Shown here: positions 25,746-37,595 of the stretch, one piece after another
Numbering within the stretch: position 1 is the stretch's first letter
Layout of the letters: each line of letters opens with the position of its first letter
Source of the DNA: Octopus sinensis
Taxonomy: Eukaryota
NCBI RefSeq assembly: GCF_006345805.1
Contig: NC_042997.1
Coordinates: 195,796,001 to 195,860,000 of the forward strand
Direction: 5' to 3'
Length of the DNA stretch: 64,000 bases
Made by a program: the position numbers and the translations under genes
Notes under the pieces: generated by a model
Seen by the model: the letters and a program-made list of their open reading frames with translations, nothing else
Databases searched by the model: none
What the model was told of the DNA's origin: nothing

Positions 25746-25834
25746 TTATAAAATTTCTGGAGAGTTAGAGCTTCGAACGAACAAAGAACGATAAAGTTGA
25801 CGTACAGAGTAAACAATCGACGAAAACAAACATT

Positions 25835-26249
25835 AGGCGCAGGAGTGGTTGTGTGGTAAGTAGCTTGCTCACCAGCCACATGGTTCCGGGTTCAGTCCCT
25901 CTGCGTGGCATCTTGGGCAAGTGTCTTCTGCTATAGCCCCGGGCCGACCAATGCCTTGTGAGTGGATTTGGTAGACGGAAACTGAAAGAAGCCTGTCGTA
26001 TATATGTATATATATGTATATGTGTGTATGTGTTTGTGTGTATGTGTTTGTAACCCTAGCATTGCTTGACAACCGATGCTGGTGTGTTTATGTCCCCGTC
26101 ACTTAGCGGTTCGGCAAAAGAGACCGATAGAATAAGTACTAGGCTTACAAAGAATAAGTCCTGGGGTCGATTTGTTCGACTAAAGGTGGTGCTCCAGCAT
26201 GGCCGCAGTCAAATGACTGAAACAAATAAAAGAGTAAAAGAGTAAAGAG
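25835..26249 (+). mobile_element. SINE family B
   Basis: Full length. Confidence 0.9.
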
Positions 26250-26626
26250 TATTAATGACCATTAGTCCAAGACGCAGTGTAATGGGTAACGCCTGGGAGA
26301 AATTTTGAAAAGAGATAGAAGAGATAGAGAAGAAAATAGCAGAAGAGAATAAAAGAGAGAAAAATTTCGAGAGGCGAAAAAAATGACGTCCCAGTAGCAA
26401 ATATATTCAGAGTCGCATATTTATATAGATATTAATATTGTTATTATTATCGAAGTCAATACGAATAGACCATAATAACAACAATATTAATATAGGTGGG
26501 TGTAAGCCTAATTCAGCATTATGTAGCTATAAAATTAAAATTATATTAATCAAAGGTCATATTGAAGTGTCAACCCGATAGAAATAAGAGTTAAAAACGA
26601 TCATATGGTCCAAAGAAAAAAAATTA

Positions 26627-26847
26627 CACCGAAAATAACAGATACAACAGCATGCGGGCGAGCGAACCGAAAAGGGATCTCTCACATATCATTATAGCAT
26701 AAACATATATATTTAATGGAAGAGGGATATATGTGGACGGTTTCTGATTTAACACAAAGTTCTTATCTTCCTCAGCACCCTTAGAATCATCTTCCCTATC
26801 CGCCACAGTTCGATAGCCCGTATACTGTTGTATCTGTTATTTCAGTG
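26627..26847. mobile_element. MITE-like element with ~40-bp imperfect TIRs
   Basis: CACCGAAAATAACAGATACAACAGCATGCGGGC / GCCCGTATACTGTTGTATCTGTTATTTCAGTG. Confidence 0.6.
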
Positions 26848-26904
26848 GAATTTTTGGTGATCTGAATGAGGGTTTTAACTCTATACCCCCCCATTCAACA
26901 TATA

Positions 26905-26937
<33 letters not shown>

Positions 26938-26957
26938 GATGTATATATATGTATATA

Positions 26958-26992
<35 letters not shown>

Positions 26993-27100
26993 GGTATATA
27001 TATATATATATGTATTTATATTATATAATATATATATGTTATATAATATATATATATATGTATATATAGATATATATATGTATATATATATATATAGTAT

Positions 27101-27132
<32 letters not shown>

Positions 27133-27145
27133 TATGTGTATATAT

Positions 27146-27249
<104 letters not shown>

Positions 27250-27344
27250 AGTTCGCAACAATTTAGATTCGAATGAATATGGTACTTAATTAGATGCACC
27301 AGAATTTGTATGGTGTTATCCATAAAAATTTGGGGGTGAATTAT

Positions 27345-27454
27345 AATCAAAATAAGCAACAAGAATGACTCGGTAATTGGTACACTTGTTTCACACTGTA
27401 GTGCGAAACAATTGTGCCAAATTACCGGAGTCATTCTTGTTGCTTATTTTGATT
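27345..27454. repeat. Fold-back hairpin, ~54-bp arms, 2-nt loop
   Basis: AATCAAAATAAGCAACAAGAATGACTC... / ...GAGTCATTCTTGTTGCTTATTTTGATT. The adjacent 27255-27315 is homologous (inverted) to 21950-22020. Confidence 0.85.
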
Positions 27455-27491
27455 AATATACATATATATACATATATATGTATATATATAT

Positions 27492-27551
<60 letters not shown>

Positions 27552-27566
27552 TATAGATATATATTA

Positions 27567-27618
<52 letters not shown>

Positions 27619-27789
27619 TATATATAATTAAGGGTTTAGCAACAAGTTGCTAACCACATAGCGGAAAGTTGAGAAATAGAGCCCCCCAAAGACCGTTATT
27701 TGTTTTCACTACAAAATATGACTCCATAGATAACCCTCTCTGTAACTCACACAATCAAAAAAGAAGAAAAATAATGAAATCAAACAGTA

Positions 27790-27845
27790 ATTATGGACGC
27801 GTTTCTGGATTAGAATTATAAAACTCATTTCCTTATCAACATAAT
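27790..27845 (-). ncRNA. Type I hammerhead motif, U3-A8 covariant core
   Basis: Minus strand: ATTATG TTGATAA GGA-aat-GAGTT-ttat-AATTC-taa-TCC a GAAA CGCG TC CATAAT. Stem I is 6 bp perfect, stem III is palindromic ACGCGT, triplet GUC; one extra A before G12. Confidence 0.6.
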
Positions 27846-28077
27846 ATTCCGATAGTAATAAATTAGAAAATGCTATAAAACTTACCCTTTGCATTTCTCT
27901 CCAAGCGACATCAGAACATCACACCAGGCAGTTAGCATATCCGAATTTATATAGACGAGTGAAATTCATATTTCCCCCCGCCCCAATTTTTTAGTATGAA
28001 AAATAGATCCGCAGCTTTTTTGTTATCAGAGATTAAAATTATCTATAATTAAAATTTTTTTACCGTATATCTATAAT

Positions 28078-28126
<49 letters not shown>

Positions 28127-28348
28127 GGAAAAAAACTCAAGGTAGAAAATGCTAAAATAATTTTATAAAAAACATTTCAATACCGGTTTCAGTTATTGAG
28201 ACATTTTCAACAGTAAATATGGAAAACAATTAAATTTGGAAAAATTAAAAGAAAAGTTTTTTAAAAGAATGTTTGCAGAGTATTCAAATACAAGGGTCAT
28301 TTTCGTTGTTTCTGCCTGTCTCTGTCTGTCTTGTTTACTCTTGTGGGT

Positions 28349-28756
28349 GGAAAGCACTCCGTCGGTAACGACGATGAGGGTTCCGGTTGATCCGATCAAC
28401 GGAACAGCCTGCTCGTGAAATTAACGTGTAAGTGGCTGAGCACTCCACAGACACGTGTACCCTTAACGTAGTTCTCGGGGATATTCAGCGTGACACAGAG
28501 AGTGACAAGGCCGGCCCTTTGAAATACAGGTACAACAGAAACAGGAAGAAAGAGTGAGAGAAAGTTGTGGCGAAAGAGTAGTTAGTTAGTTAGTTAGTTG
28601 AGTACAGCAGGGATCACCACCACCCCCTGCCGGAGCCTTGTGGAGCTTTAGGTGTTTTCGCTCAATAAACACTCACAACGCCCGGTCTGGGAATCGAAAC
28701 CGCGATCCTATGACCGCGAGTCCGCTGCCCTAACCACTGGGCCATTGCGCCTCCAC
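28349..28756 (-). mobile_element. SINE family C
   Basis: Full length, with a (TAGT)n expansion at 28579-28600. Confidence 0.9.
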
Positions 28757-28885
28757 AAACTCTTGTGGGTACGAGGTCATTGTAAATTCTTGGCAGAGAA
28801 GAAGAAGAACGAGAAGAAAAAGAAAGAGGAGGAGAAGAAGAATGCAGGAGTGCCATGATAGTAGTAGGATGTTAAATGGTCAAGG

Positions 28886-29061
28886 GCCACAAGAAAACTA
28901 CAATTACTCTGTGGCAGTGGTTCGGAACCATTTTAAATATTTGTTTATGAATTCTTTTAATTTATTTATGAATTTCTTTAATTATATTAACGGAATTCAT
29001 AAATAATTTTTGTAAATGGTTCCAAACCACTGCTACAGAGTAATTGTAGTTTTCGTGTGGC
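28886..29061. mobile_element. Fold-back element (176 bp)
   Basis: 48-bp outer arms 28886-28933 / 29014-29061 with 3 mismatches, extending inward through TTTATGAATTC/GAATTCATAAA. Confidence 0.7.
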
Positions 29062-29270
29062 GCTCCTTCGGTTACGACGAGGAGGGTTCCAGTCGATGCG
29101 ATCAACGGAACAACCTGCTCTTGAAATTAACCTGCAAGTGGCTGAGCACTCCACAGACACGTGTACCCATAACGTATTTCTCGGGGAGATTCAGCGTGAC
29201 ACAGAGTGTGACAAGGCTCGCCCTTTGAAATACAGGTACACCTGAAACAGGAAGAAAGAGTGAGAGAAAA
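29062..29270 (-). mobile_element. 5'-truncated SINE family C
   Basis: Tail only. Confidence 0.85.
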
Positions 29271-30139
29271 AATGCGCCCCATAGCATTTGGATGTTTAAA
29301 AACTAGTTTATAGAAACTTCTTTCAAAATTTCTATTTTGTTTAGCACACATTAACTGGTAGTTTGACCTACTTTAAAAGTTTGAGAAAGAAACCGTGCTG
29401 TATTTTGCAATATATGCCTCTAAAACAAAATTCTTTTCATGGTCCCTAGTTATACCACGTTGGGTCAAAAATTTATTATTTTGCTTGCGTGAAGCCTTCC
29501 TCTACGTTCTATGGAGCCCCAGAAGTCAAATGAACTCCGGTTGAGAACGAATATTTTATCACTATATATCACTCTTATTAATTTCTTCATTCTCACTGTC
29601 ATTGAGTTTAATGCTATGCAATGTAGACGCACCGACTTACTTTTTTCAGATTTAATTCAATAAATATTTTACACTAATAATCCGAACTTATAGTAAATTA
29701 CTTATAGAGAAGTAAAGTATTGTATATTTTTTATTAACATTATGCAGTAAAAATGTAATAAATATGAAACATTAAATGTAATAAAAGTGTCATAACAGTT
29801 CTTATATTATAATCTTTTAGATTCATGAGTCAGTTTTTTCGATACTTCTAACCGATAGATGTATATTTTTTGACTTTTCGCAATTATTATCTCGATAAAA
29901 CATTGATCTAATTTGAGTTACACACAAACACACACACACAAACCTACACATACATCGCACAGACATATATGCACACACATATATATAAACAGAATCTAAT
30001 GAGATGGGTGCTGTTTTACCCCAACGGGGAGTGGAAAAATCCAACGCTTCGCACAGTGATCTTCTTCAGGGAAAAGTTACAAAGAGAGAAATAAATGAGA
30101 CACATCAGAGTTTTGCATCCTCTGAGTTTACAAAAAGAC

Positions 30140-30430
30140 TGGCAGCAATGGGAAACTACCACCTGTGTCATCTCTTGTGAAAGGTAGGAGAGTCCAGTTT
30201 GCTGGACATTGTTGTAGAGCTGAAAACGAGGCAATTTCTACTCTTCTCCTCTGGAAGCCATCTACTCGCAATACCAGAGGGCGCACACTCTTCTACCCTG
30301 ATGTAATCTCCAAGGATACAGGCATCCAGCAACAGGACCTCCGTAATGCCATGATGGGTCGTGAAGTCTGGCGTAGCATGGTAAATTCCATTGTCTCGAC
30401 CACGGTCGAACAATGATGATGATGATGACA
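30140..30430 (+). mobile_element. RTE-X/RTE LINE 3' end with (TGA)n tail
   Basis: RRVQFAGHCCRAENEAISTLLLWKP...RGRTLFYPDVISKDTG...AMMGREVWR then TGATGATGATGA. Confidence 0.85.
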
Positions 30431-30626
30431 GCAACAGATAAGGAACGAAGGCCCATGTGAACTTCACACGTAAATGAGTGGTAGGAGAAACAGTATGATA
30501 AGGCTGGCGGTAAGAGTAATGGAATAAGAAGCAAGCAAATTCGAGAGTAAGGGGAAGAGGAAATATGAGCTAAGAGAAGTTGAAGGATAAGAAAGCGTTG
30601 GATGAACTAGGAGAAGGTGCTTCAGT

Positions 30627-30815
30627 ATAAGTAAAATCGTTTATTGAAACCTGTTGGTGAGATAGCGCCAAGTTCGAATATGAAGTGCTGTTCCCTTCCA
30701 TCTACTTGAGAATGTGGATCAATGATGTGCGTAGATGTAGCATAAGTGAGTAATGGAATAGTCTATAGTTTTGAAGTGGGTGGCGACAGGTTGGCCAGGC
30801 ATACCTTGTAGTAGA
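30627..30815 (-). pseudogene. Second PLE relic: GIY-YIG domain C-terminus
   Basis: Minus translation GMPGQPVATHFKTIDYSIT...EQHFIFELGAISPTGFNKRF matches the PLE C-terminal pattern PVAxHF...EQxxIFxLGxxxPxGxN. Confidence 0.7.
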
Positions 30816-30851
30816 CTTCGAATATGAAAGCGATAAACAAGGCGTCGTCCT

Positions 30852-31195
30852 ATTCTTTTCTACTCTAGGCACAAGGCCCGAAATTTTTGGAGAGGGTGCT
30901 AGTCGATTAGATCGACTCCAGTACGCAACTGCTACTTAATTTATCGACTCCGAAAGGACGAAAGGAAAAATGGATCTCGGCGGAATTTGAATTCAGAACG
31001 TAAAGACAGACGAAATACCTATTTCTTTACTGCCCACAAGGGACTAAACACAGAGAGGACAAACAAGGACAGACAAACGGATTAAGTCGATTATATCGAC
31101 CCCAGTGCGTAACTGGTACTTAATTTATTGATTCCGAAAGGATGAAAGGCAAAGTCGACCTCGGCGGAATTTGAACTCAGAACGTAAAGGCAGTA
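30852..31195 (-). mobile_element. SINE family A, head-less dimer
   Basis: Two cores joined at GACGAAATACC|TATTTC. Confidence 0.85.
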
Positions 31196-31545
31196 AGGCG
31201 CTGTCCTTTTCTCCCAATGTGACTGCCAGCGGCTGGTTGGAGAACGAGGTGTCTCCCAGTGGAGGTAGGATGCAGGGGTTTCATTGCCCGTTTCCTGACC
31301 AGAGCCTTCAGCAGTTTGGGCATCGAGGGAGTGAGAAAGAGGAAGGCCACTCACAGTACCACCGATGTGGCAGAGAGGGCTTCAAGATGGCTATGGATCA
31401 AGGGAGCTCTGGGGTAGCTAGTTGGCCATCTGGATACCAGATGGGGTCTGCTCAGCCCAGCTGGGTCACCTGGAGGAGGGTGTAGGATGATTCCATGCAC
31501 ATCACTGAAGTTGTAGTGTCCAGATGCATCAGTCATTGATGTATG
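31195..31545 (+). mobile_element. HERO-type (restriction-like endonuclease) non-LTR retrotransposon 3' end
   Basis: Open frame 31232-31417: AGWRTRCLPVEVGCRGFIARFLTRAFSSLGIEG...DVAERASRWLWIKGALG*. The PVEVGCRGF and ASRWLWIK motifs are recognisable; the 3'UTR follows. Confidence 0.8.
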
Positions 31546-31595
31546 TACACAACAATGAGTAATATGATATTGTATCTTCAAGCCAGTGATTATGT

Positions 31596-32078
31596 AGGCG
31601 CAGGAGTGACTGTGTGGTAAGTACCTGTAGACGCAGGAGTGGTTGTGTGGTAACTAGCTTGCTTACGAACCACATAGCTCCGGGTTCAGTCTCACCTCGT
31701 GGCAGTTTGGGAAAGTGTCTCCACTATAGACCCGGGCCGACCAAAGCCTTGTAAGTGGATATTTTGTAGATGGAAACTGAAAGAAGCCCGTCATATATAT
31801 GTATATGTATAAATATGTGTGGTGTGTGTGTGCGTGTGTGTGTCTGTAAATGTTGGTGTATCTGTGCTTGTCCCTCCAACATCGCTTGGCAACCGATGCT
31901 GGTGTGTTTATGCCCTCGTAAATTAGCGGTTCAGCAAAAGAGACCGATAGAATAAGTAATAGGCTTACAAAAAATAAGCCCTGGGGTCGATTTGCTCAAC
32001 TAAAAAGCCGGTGCTCCAGCATGGCCGCAGTCGAATGACTGAAACAAGTAAAAGAAAAGAAAAGAAAGAAAAGAAAGA
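31596..32078 (+). mobile_element. SINE family B with duplicated 5' end
   Basis: GCGCAGGAGTGACTGTGTGGTAAG followed by ACGCAGGAGTGGTTGTGTGGTAAC. Confidence 0.85.
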
Positions 32079-32332
32079 ATTTTAAATGTAGCGGCAGGTT
32101 TTGCATCGTCGGCGGCCGCGTATAGAAGTGCTTTGTTATGTGGGGTTTGCTGTTGTAGAGCTTCTTACTAGATTTCCGAGGACTTTATCTACTGAGATGT
32201 TGAGCTATATTTAAGAACAGTTTTATATTAAACTCAATAATTTTGTGGGGTACATATTACTCTGTTACAATAAGCTGGCTAAAATTTCGAAGTCACTGTC
32301 AACATTATTCTTGTTAAAACATTCACATCATG

Positions 32333-32646
32333 CTCATGAAATTAACGTGCAAGTGGATGAGTACTCCACAGACACGTACACCCTTAATATAGTTTTCGGG
32401 GAGATTCAGCGTGATACAGTGTGTGACAAGGCAGGCCCTTTGAAATACAAGTACAATAAAAACAGGAAGAAAGAGTGAGAGTTGTGGTGAAAGAGTACAG
32501 CAGGGTTGCCCCCCGCCCCAGCGGTAGCATCGTGGAGCGTTAGGTGTTTTTACTCAATAAAGACTAACAACGCCCGGTCTGGGAATCGAAACTATGATCC
32601 TACGACCGCGCGTCCACTGCCCTAACCACTGGGCTCTTGCACCTCC
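32333..32646 (-). mobile_element. SINE family C
   Basis: Head and body. Confidence 0.85.
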
Positions 32647-32900
32647 ACACCACCCACAACTACACAGACACATACACACACGCACACAGACATATATCTG
32701 TATGCAGACACATACGCGCGCACATGCACACATACACACAAATACATATAGAAATTATTTTTGTATCATCCTTTTCTTCCTTTCCTCTGTCTTTCATATG
32801 TGTGTATGTGGGGTGGTGCGTTCGTGGGTGTTGGTGTATGTGTATGCCTGTGTATTAGTCCGTGTGTGTCGACTTGGATCTATACGCCTGCGTATGACCA

Positions 32901-32937
<37 letters not shown>

Positions 32938-33820
32938 ATTAACGTATTCTCTAAACGGTGTTTGGCGATAAAAATTTCACATTTGTGAGTATATAAAGAT
33001 GATATATTCAGCGGTGTCTCTAAGTTATAGGGCCATACAATGTTTGAGCTATAAGAATACTAATCATCGTGTAATTTAACAGCGTAGGGCTTCAAGAAAA
33101 TATAATTTTGTATGAAATATGAACATCTAGTTATAGGGACACTTAAAACCTCCTAAAATTGGCTTAATTTTCGAACGCTAATCATCATATCTAAAACGAT
33201 GATGACCTTCACGAGAGAGATATTATGTTGATGTATTATTTTAGCGTCGGTAAAAATTTGAACCTAATGTGGCTTGCAGTTTCAAAAACATAAACATCAC
33301 AGAAAATATGAAAAATAAATATATATAAAAGAAGATAAAGAGAAATTAAAAAGAGGAGGAGGGAACAAATAGTAAATATGTTAACTGTTTGGGGTTTTGT
33401 CATTCGAAGAGTCTGGGAACATTTTTGTTACAATCGCACTAAATAGATTTGAAGCAAAATTTAATTTTCTCTTTCTTTGTAAATGAGTTTGTAACATTTC
33501 GATTTGTTATTGCCGCAAGCATATATTTGTCATTTGTTCATTTTGTTTTTGAAACGCAAATTTCACGACTTTTAAATTGGTTTGCAGATAGGAATTTCGT
33601 TAAATTTATAATATTTGTCGTTACTAATTATTTTCTCACAAGGAATTGAGTTGCTTTTGCTGAGCTAAATCATATTTGGTTTGAATAGAAGTGTGGAATT
33701 GTGGATGTGTATTTTTTTTTTTACTTTTTACTGTAATGTTTCAACGCATTTATTAACAAATGAAAACGCATAAATAAAGTTTTACAGTAGGTTATTTGAA
33801 GTTGTATTGGAATATATTTA

Positions 33821-34282
33821 GGATCTTTTCGGTTTGAACGGTAGTTTTTTAAAAATAATTTCCACGTAACTAAACACTTTTAAACTTCGTATCGTATACT
33901 GGTAGAATGTGTTTATAAAACATCTTTTTCTTTTGGCTTTATTAAGAAATTTCTATAGTTTGTAAGATATTTGTTGTTTTTTTATTTTCTTCAATTTCTG
34001 CAATTTCAACCAATCAACGACGTCTATTGAGGTAAAAAAAAACATTCTGTGCCGTATGAATATGTCCCTCGTTTAATAAACAAATTGGGTTTATTTACAT
34101 TTGTGAAGAAAAAAAGATACCCTTCCTCCTACTCCTAACCATAACCCTAAACCTAACTAGCCCTAACTAACCCTAACCCTAAAACAGATTGAAATGCAAT
34201 AGATCGATACTAGGGTCATAATCATGGGCGACAATTTCATATGGCACCGTTAGAAAAACTGCCGTTCAAACCGAAAAGATCC
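33821..34282. mobile_element. MITE-like element (462 bp) with ~29-bp TIRs and internal CCCTAA-like repeats
   Basis: GGATCTTTTCGGTTTGAACGGTAGTTTTT / AAAAACTGCCGTTCAAACCGAAAAGATCC; degenerate (CCCTAA)n at 34134-34182. Confidence 0.75.
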
Positions 34283-34854
34283 AATATTTTTCCCAGTTAT
34301 TATTTTACACTTTTATTTTCGAAGAAGACACTTTGAAGGTTCCATGCTGTGTGGTGAAGCGTTCTTGCTTTATAAACATGTCTCTGTAGCTGCTACAGCA
34401 AGCTCTTTAGACTAAGCAAAAAATCTCTAAGCAGAAAACCACAAAGAGGTTTTCTGCTTTTCAATATCCAATAGTTTCAAATCCAATTTTTCAATATCCA
34501 ATTGTTCATTCCGTTGCATCACCGATGGGTCATTATGCCAATAATAAACACACGCATTGGTTCTCTTACACTACTTCATTATTAATCAGTTGGTTAACAA
34601 TTTAACCAATTAAAGAATCGATTGTGTTAATAATTGTTCGGTCAAGCAGTGAACCAATCGATCAGTCACTCACTCATCCAATCACTCAAGGAATCAATCA
34701 ATCAATCAATCAGTTACTCAGCTAGGTTTGCCCAATGTCCTTTCACCACCATTTGCAAACTCTTCAATGACATGCCCTATCTACTTAATGTATACTTCAG
34801 TTTTTCTGTCTCCAAGTTTACGGATTTTCTTTGTTTGTTTGTTTCTTTCTTTCT

Positions 34855-34915
<61 letters not shown>

Positions 34916-34980
34916 CAGAGTGAGAGAGAGAGAGCGTGAGGAGAGAAAGGCAGTCTGAGTTTTTAATAATTATTTACTAC

Positions 34981-35076
34981 AGCTTTCGTTCGTTTATCGA
35001 ACTCATGAAGACAAAATCAAAATGGTTCATCATTTTGATTTTGTCTTGACGAGTTCGATAAAGGAACGGAAGCGCT
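34981..35076. repeat. Imperfect hairpin made of two opposed degenerate hammerhead-like motifs
   Basis: Plus: TTGACGA GTTC gataaag GAAC GGAA GCGC TA. Minus: TTCATGA GTTC gataaac GAAC GAAA GC TG. Confidence 0.55.
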
Positions 35077-35154
35077 AATAAAGAATTATCCAAAATTCTG
35101 ACTGCCTCTGTTTTCTCAATATAGAACTACTCTACCCCACTTCAACACTATACA

Positions 35155-35188
<34 letters not shown>

Positions 35189-35223
35189 CATACATACATA
35201 CATACATAATATATATATATATA

Positions 35224-35293
<70 letters not shown>

Positions 35294-35296
<3 letters not shown>

Positions 35297-35431
35297 AAAG
35301 CTGAAAGACATCCCAAAAAACTGTTACTCAGAGTTTCATGCTCCTGTTCATTGGACAGTTTTGGTTTCTCCACGAAAGGGGAACATGGAACTCTGAGTAA
35401 CAGTTTTTTGTGATGTCTTTATAGTTTTATT
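35294..35431. repeat. Inverted pair of the 53.2-kb hammerhead family (cores decayed)
   Basis: AAAACTGTTACTCAGAGTTTCATG / CATGGAACTCTGAGTAACAGTTTT. Minus copy reads CTGT CCAATGA...GAAA CTC t GAG TA ACAG. Confidence 0.7.
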
Positions 35432-35534
35432 AATACAGCATACTACTCTAACTCCTGTATTCGAGTACGATTTTCTCCACCTTGTTTCGCATTTATGTGC
35501 TTACTCTGGTATATATATACATCTGGTCATATTT

Positions 35535-36683
35535 ACCTATTTCTTTTCTACCCACAAGGAGCTAAACACAGAGAGTACAAACAAGGATAGACAAACAGAT
35601 TAAGTCGATTATATCGACCCCAGTGCATAACTGGTACTTAATTTATCGGCCCCGAAAGAATGAAAGGTGAAGGCAACCTCGGTTGAATTTGAACTCAGAA
35701 CGTAACGGCAGACGAAATACCGCAATGCATTTCACCCGGCATGCTAACGGTTCTACCATTTCCCCGTCATGAAACAAACTCATAAATATTCCTTTCTACT
35801 CTAGGAACAGGCCCGAAAATTTGGATGAGGGGGCATGTCGATTATACCGACCCCATAATGCTACTGGTAATTAATTTATCGACCCCGAAAGGATAAAAGG
35901 CAAAGTCGAACTCGGCAGAATTTGAACTTTGAACATAAAGACGGACGAAATACCTATTTCTTTACTACCCACACGGGGCTGAACCCAGAGGAAACAAACA
36001 AGGACAGACAAACAGATTAAGTCGATTACATCGACCCCAATGCGTAACTGGTACTTAACTTATCGACCCCGAAAGGATAAAAAGCAAAGTCGACCGCGGC
36101 GGGATTTGAACTCTGAACATAAAGACGGACGAAATACCTATTTCTTTACTACCCACACGGGGCTAAACACAGAGGAGACAAACAAGGACAGACAAACAGA
36201 TTAAGTCGATTATATCGACCCCAGTGCGTAACTGGTACTTAACTTATCGACCCCGAAAGGATAAAAAGCAAAGTCGACCTCGGCGGAATTTGTACTCAGA
36301 ACGTAACGGCAGACGAAATACTGCAAAGCATTTCACCCGGCATGCTAACGGTTCTACCGATTCCCCGCCATGAAACAAACTCATAAATATTCCTTTCTAC
36401 TCTAGGAACAAGGCCCGAAATTTTGGATGAGGGGGCATGTCGATTATACCTATTTCTTTATTACCCACAAGGGGCTAAACACAGAGGGGACAAACAAGGA
36501 CAGACATAGGTATTAAGTCGATTACATCGACCCCAGTGCGTAACTGGTACTTAATTTATCGACTCCGAAAGGATAAAAAGCAAAATCGACCGCGGCGGGA
36601 TTTGAGCTCAGAACACAAAGACGGACGAAAATCCGCCAAGGATTCCCCGCGGCGCGCTAGCGTTTCTGCCAGCTCGCCGCCTT
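35535..36683 (-). mobile_element. SINE family A tandem/nested array (about 6 units)
   Basis: ~180-bp units joined at ATACC|TATTTC, plus a 601-bp higher-order repeat (35701 matches 36302). Confidence 0.9.
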
Positions 36684-37595
36684 GCAATTTTCTCTTTATC
36701 GTCGCATGATTTTCCTCTTGATGCATTCAACGATCATTGGTATTTTTCAGAATATCTTTAAATTGCTTTGTAAGTTGTCGGTAAATGACAAGTAAATAAT
36801 TGCATCGTATTTTGTTCTTTCTCGGTTTCAGTTCCAAGCTGTAAATCGTTATGAAGATATCATTTTCTTTGCAGCCATAAGCTCATGTTTCATCTCTGCT
36901 TTCTACATTTTCCTTATGTATTACTCTTTTTTCTGTTGACTGTGGATCATTCTTAGATTAACTTCGCAAAATTAGATATATTCTCAGACGAAATGTGTGT
37001 TTAGCGTAATTTTCCGTATAGAAATTTTCTAAATATGATACACATCCCAATTCTCGCATTTGTTTCACTTACAACAAATACACTAATCTTCAGCTCACGT
37101 AACAATTTTCTCTGGAACCAAAATAATGTAATAATAAAAGGAACAACAACAAAAATAAAACCAACAGCAACAACAACAACAACAACAACAACAACAGAAA
37201 CAAGGACAACAACAGTAACAACAATAAAACAATGTAAAACAATTCACAGTTCTCAGCATCTTTAATCAAGTTTTTAACTGCGATGCAGTTCTAATGCATC
37301 ACTATCTTTGAAATAACGCGAAAATAATGCGCATGAAAAATACATAAATCGTCCGAAAGGTAGAATTAATATTGACAAGCTATAAATTATTTAAATTTCC
37401 GTTTATATATTCAATGCTTATGTTCAACAGTAAAATTTCGTAGGAAACAAATTACTGTGAGTTGATTTACCGTTAGCAGAGAGAAAAACTAACGATTCGG
37501 ACACTTGTACTTTATCGGAAAGAAACGATATGGAGTCCCATACCATGGTCGTCGAAAAGTAGATGTAAAAAGAAGCGATGAAATTATAAGGTATT

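Noticed and set aside
34134-34182. True telomere
   Set aside because: Short, degenerate and internal to a TIR element.
35535-36683. CRISPR-like repeated array
   Set aside because: Units are ~180-bp SINE bodies with no unique spacers, and there are no cas genes in this eukaryotic context.
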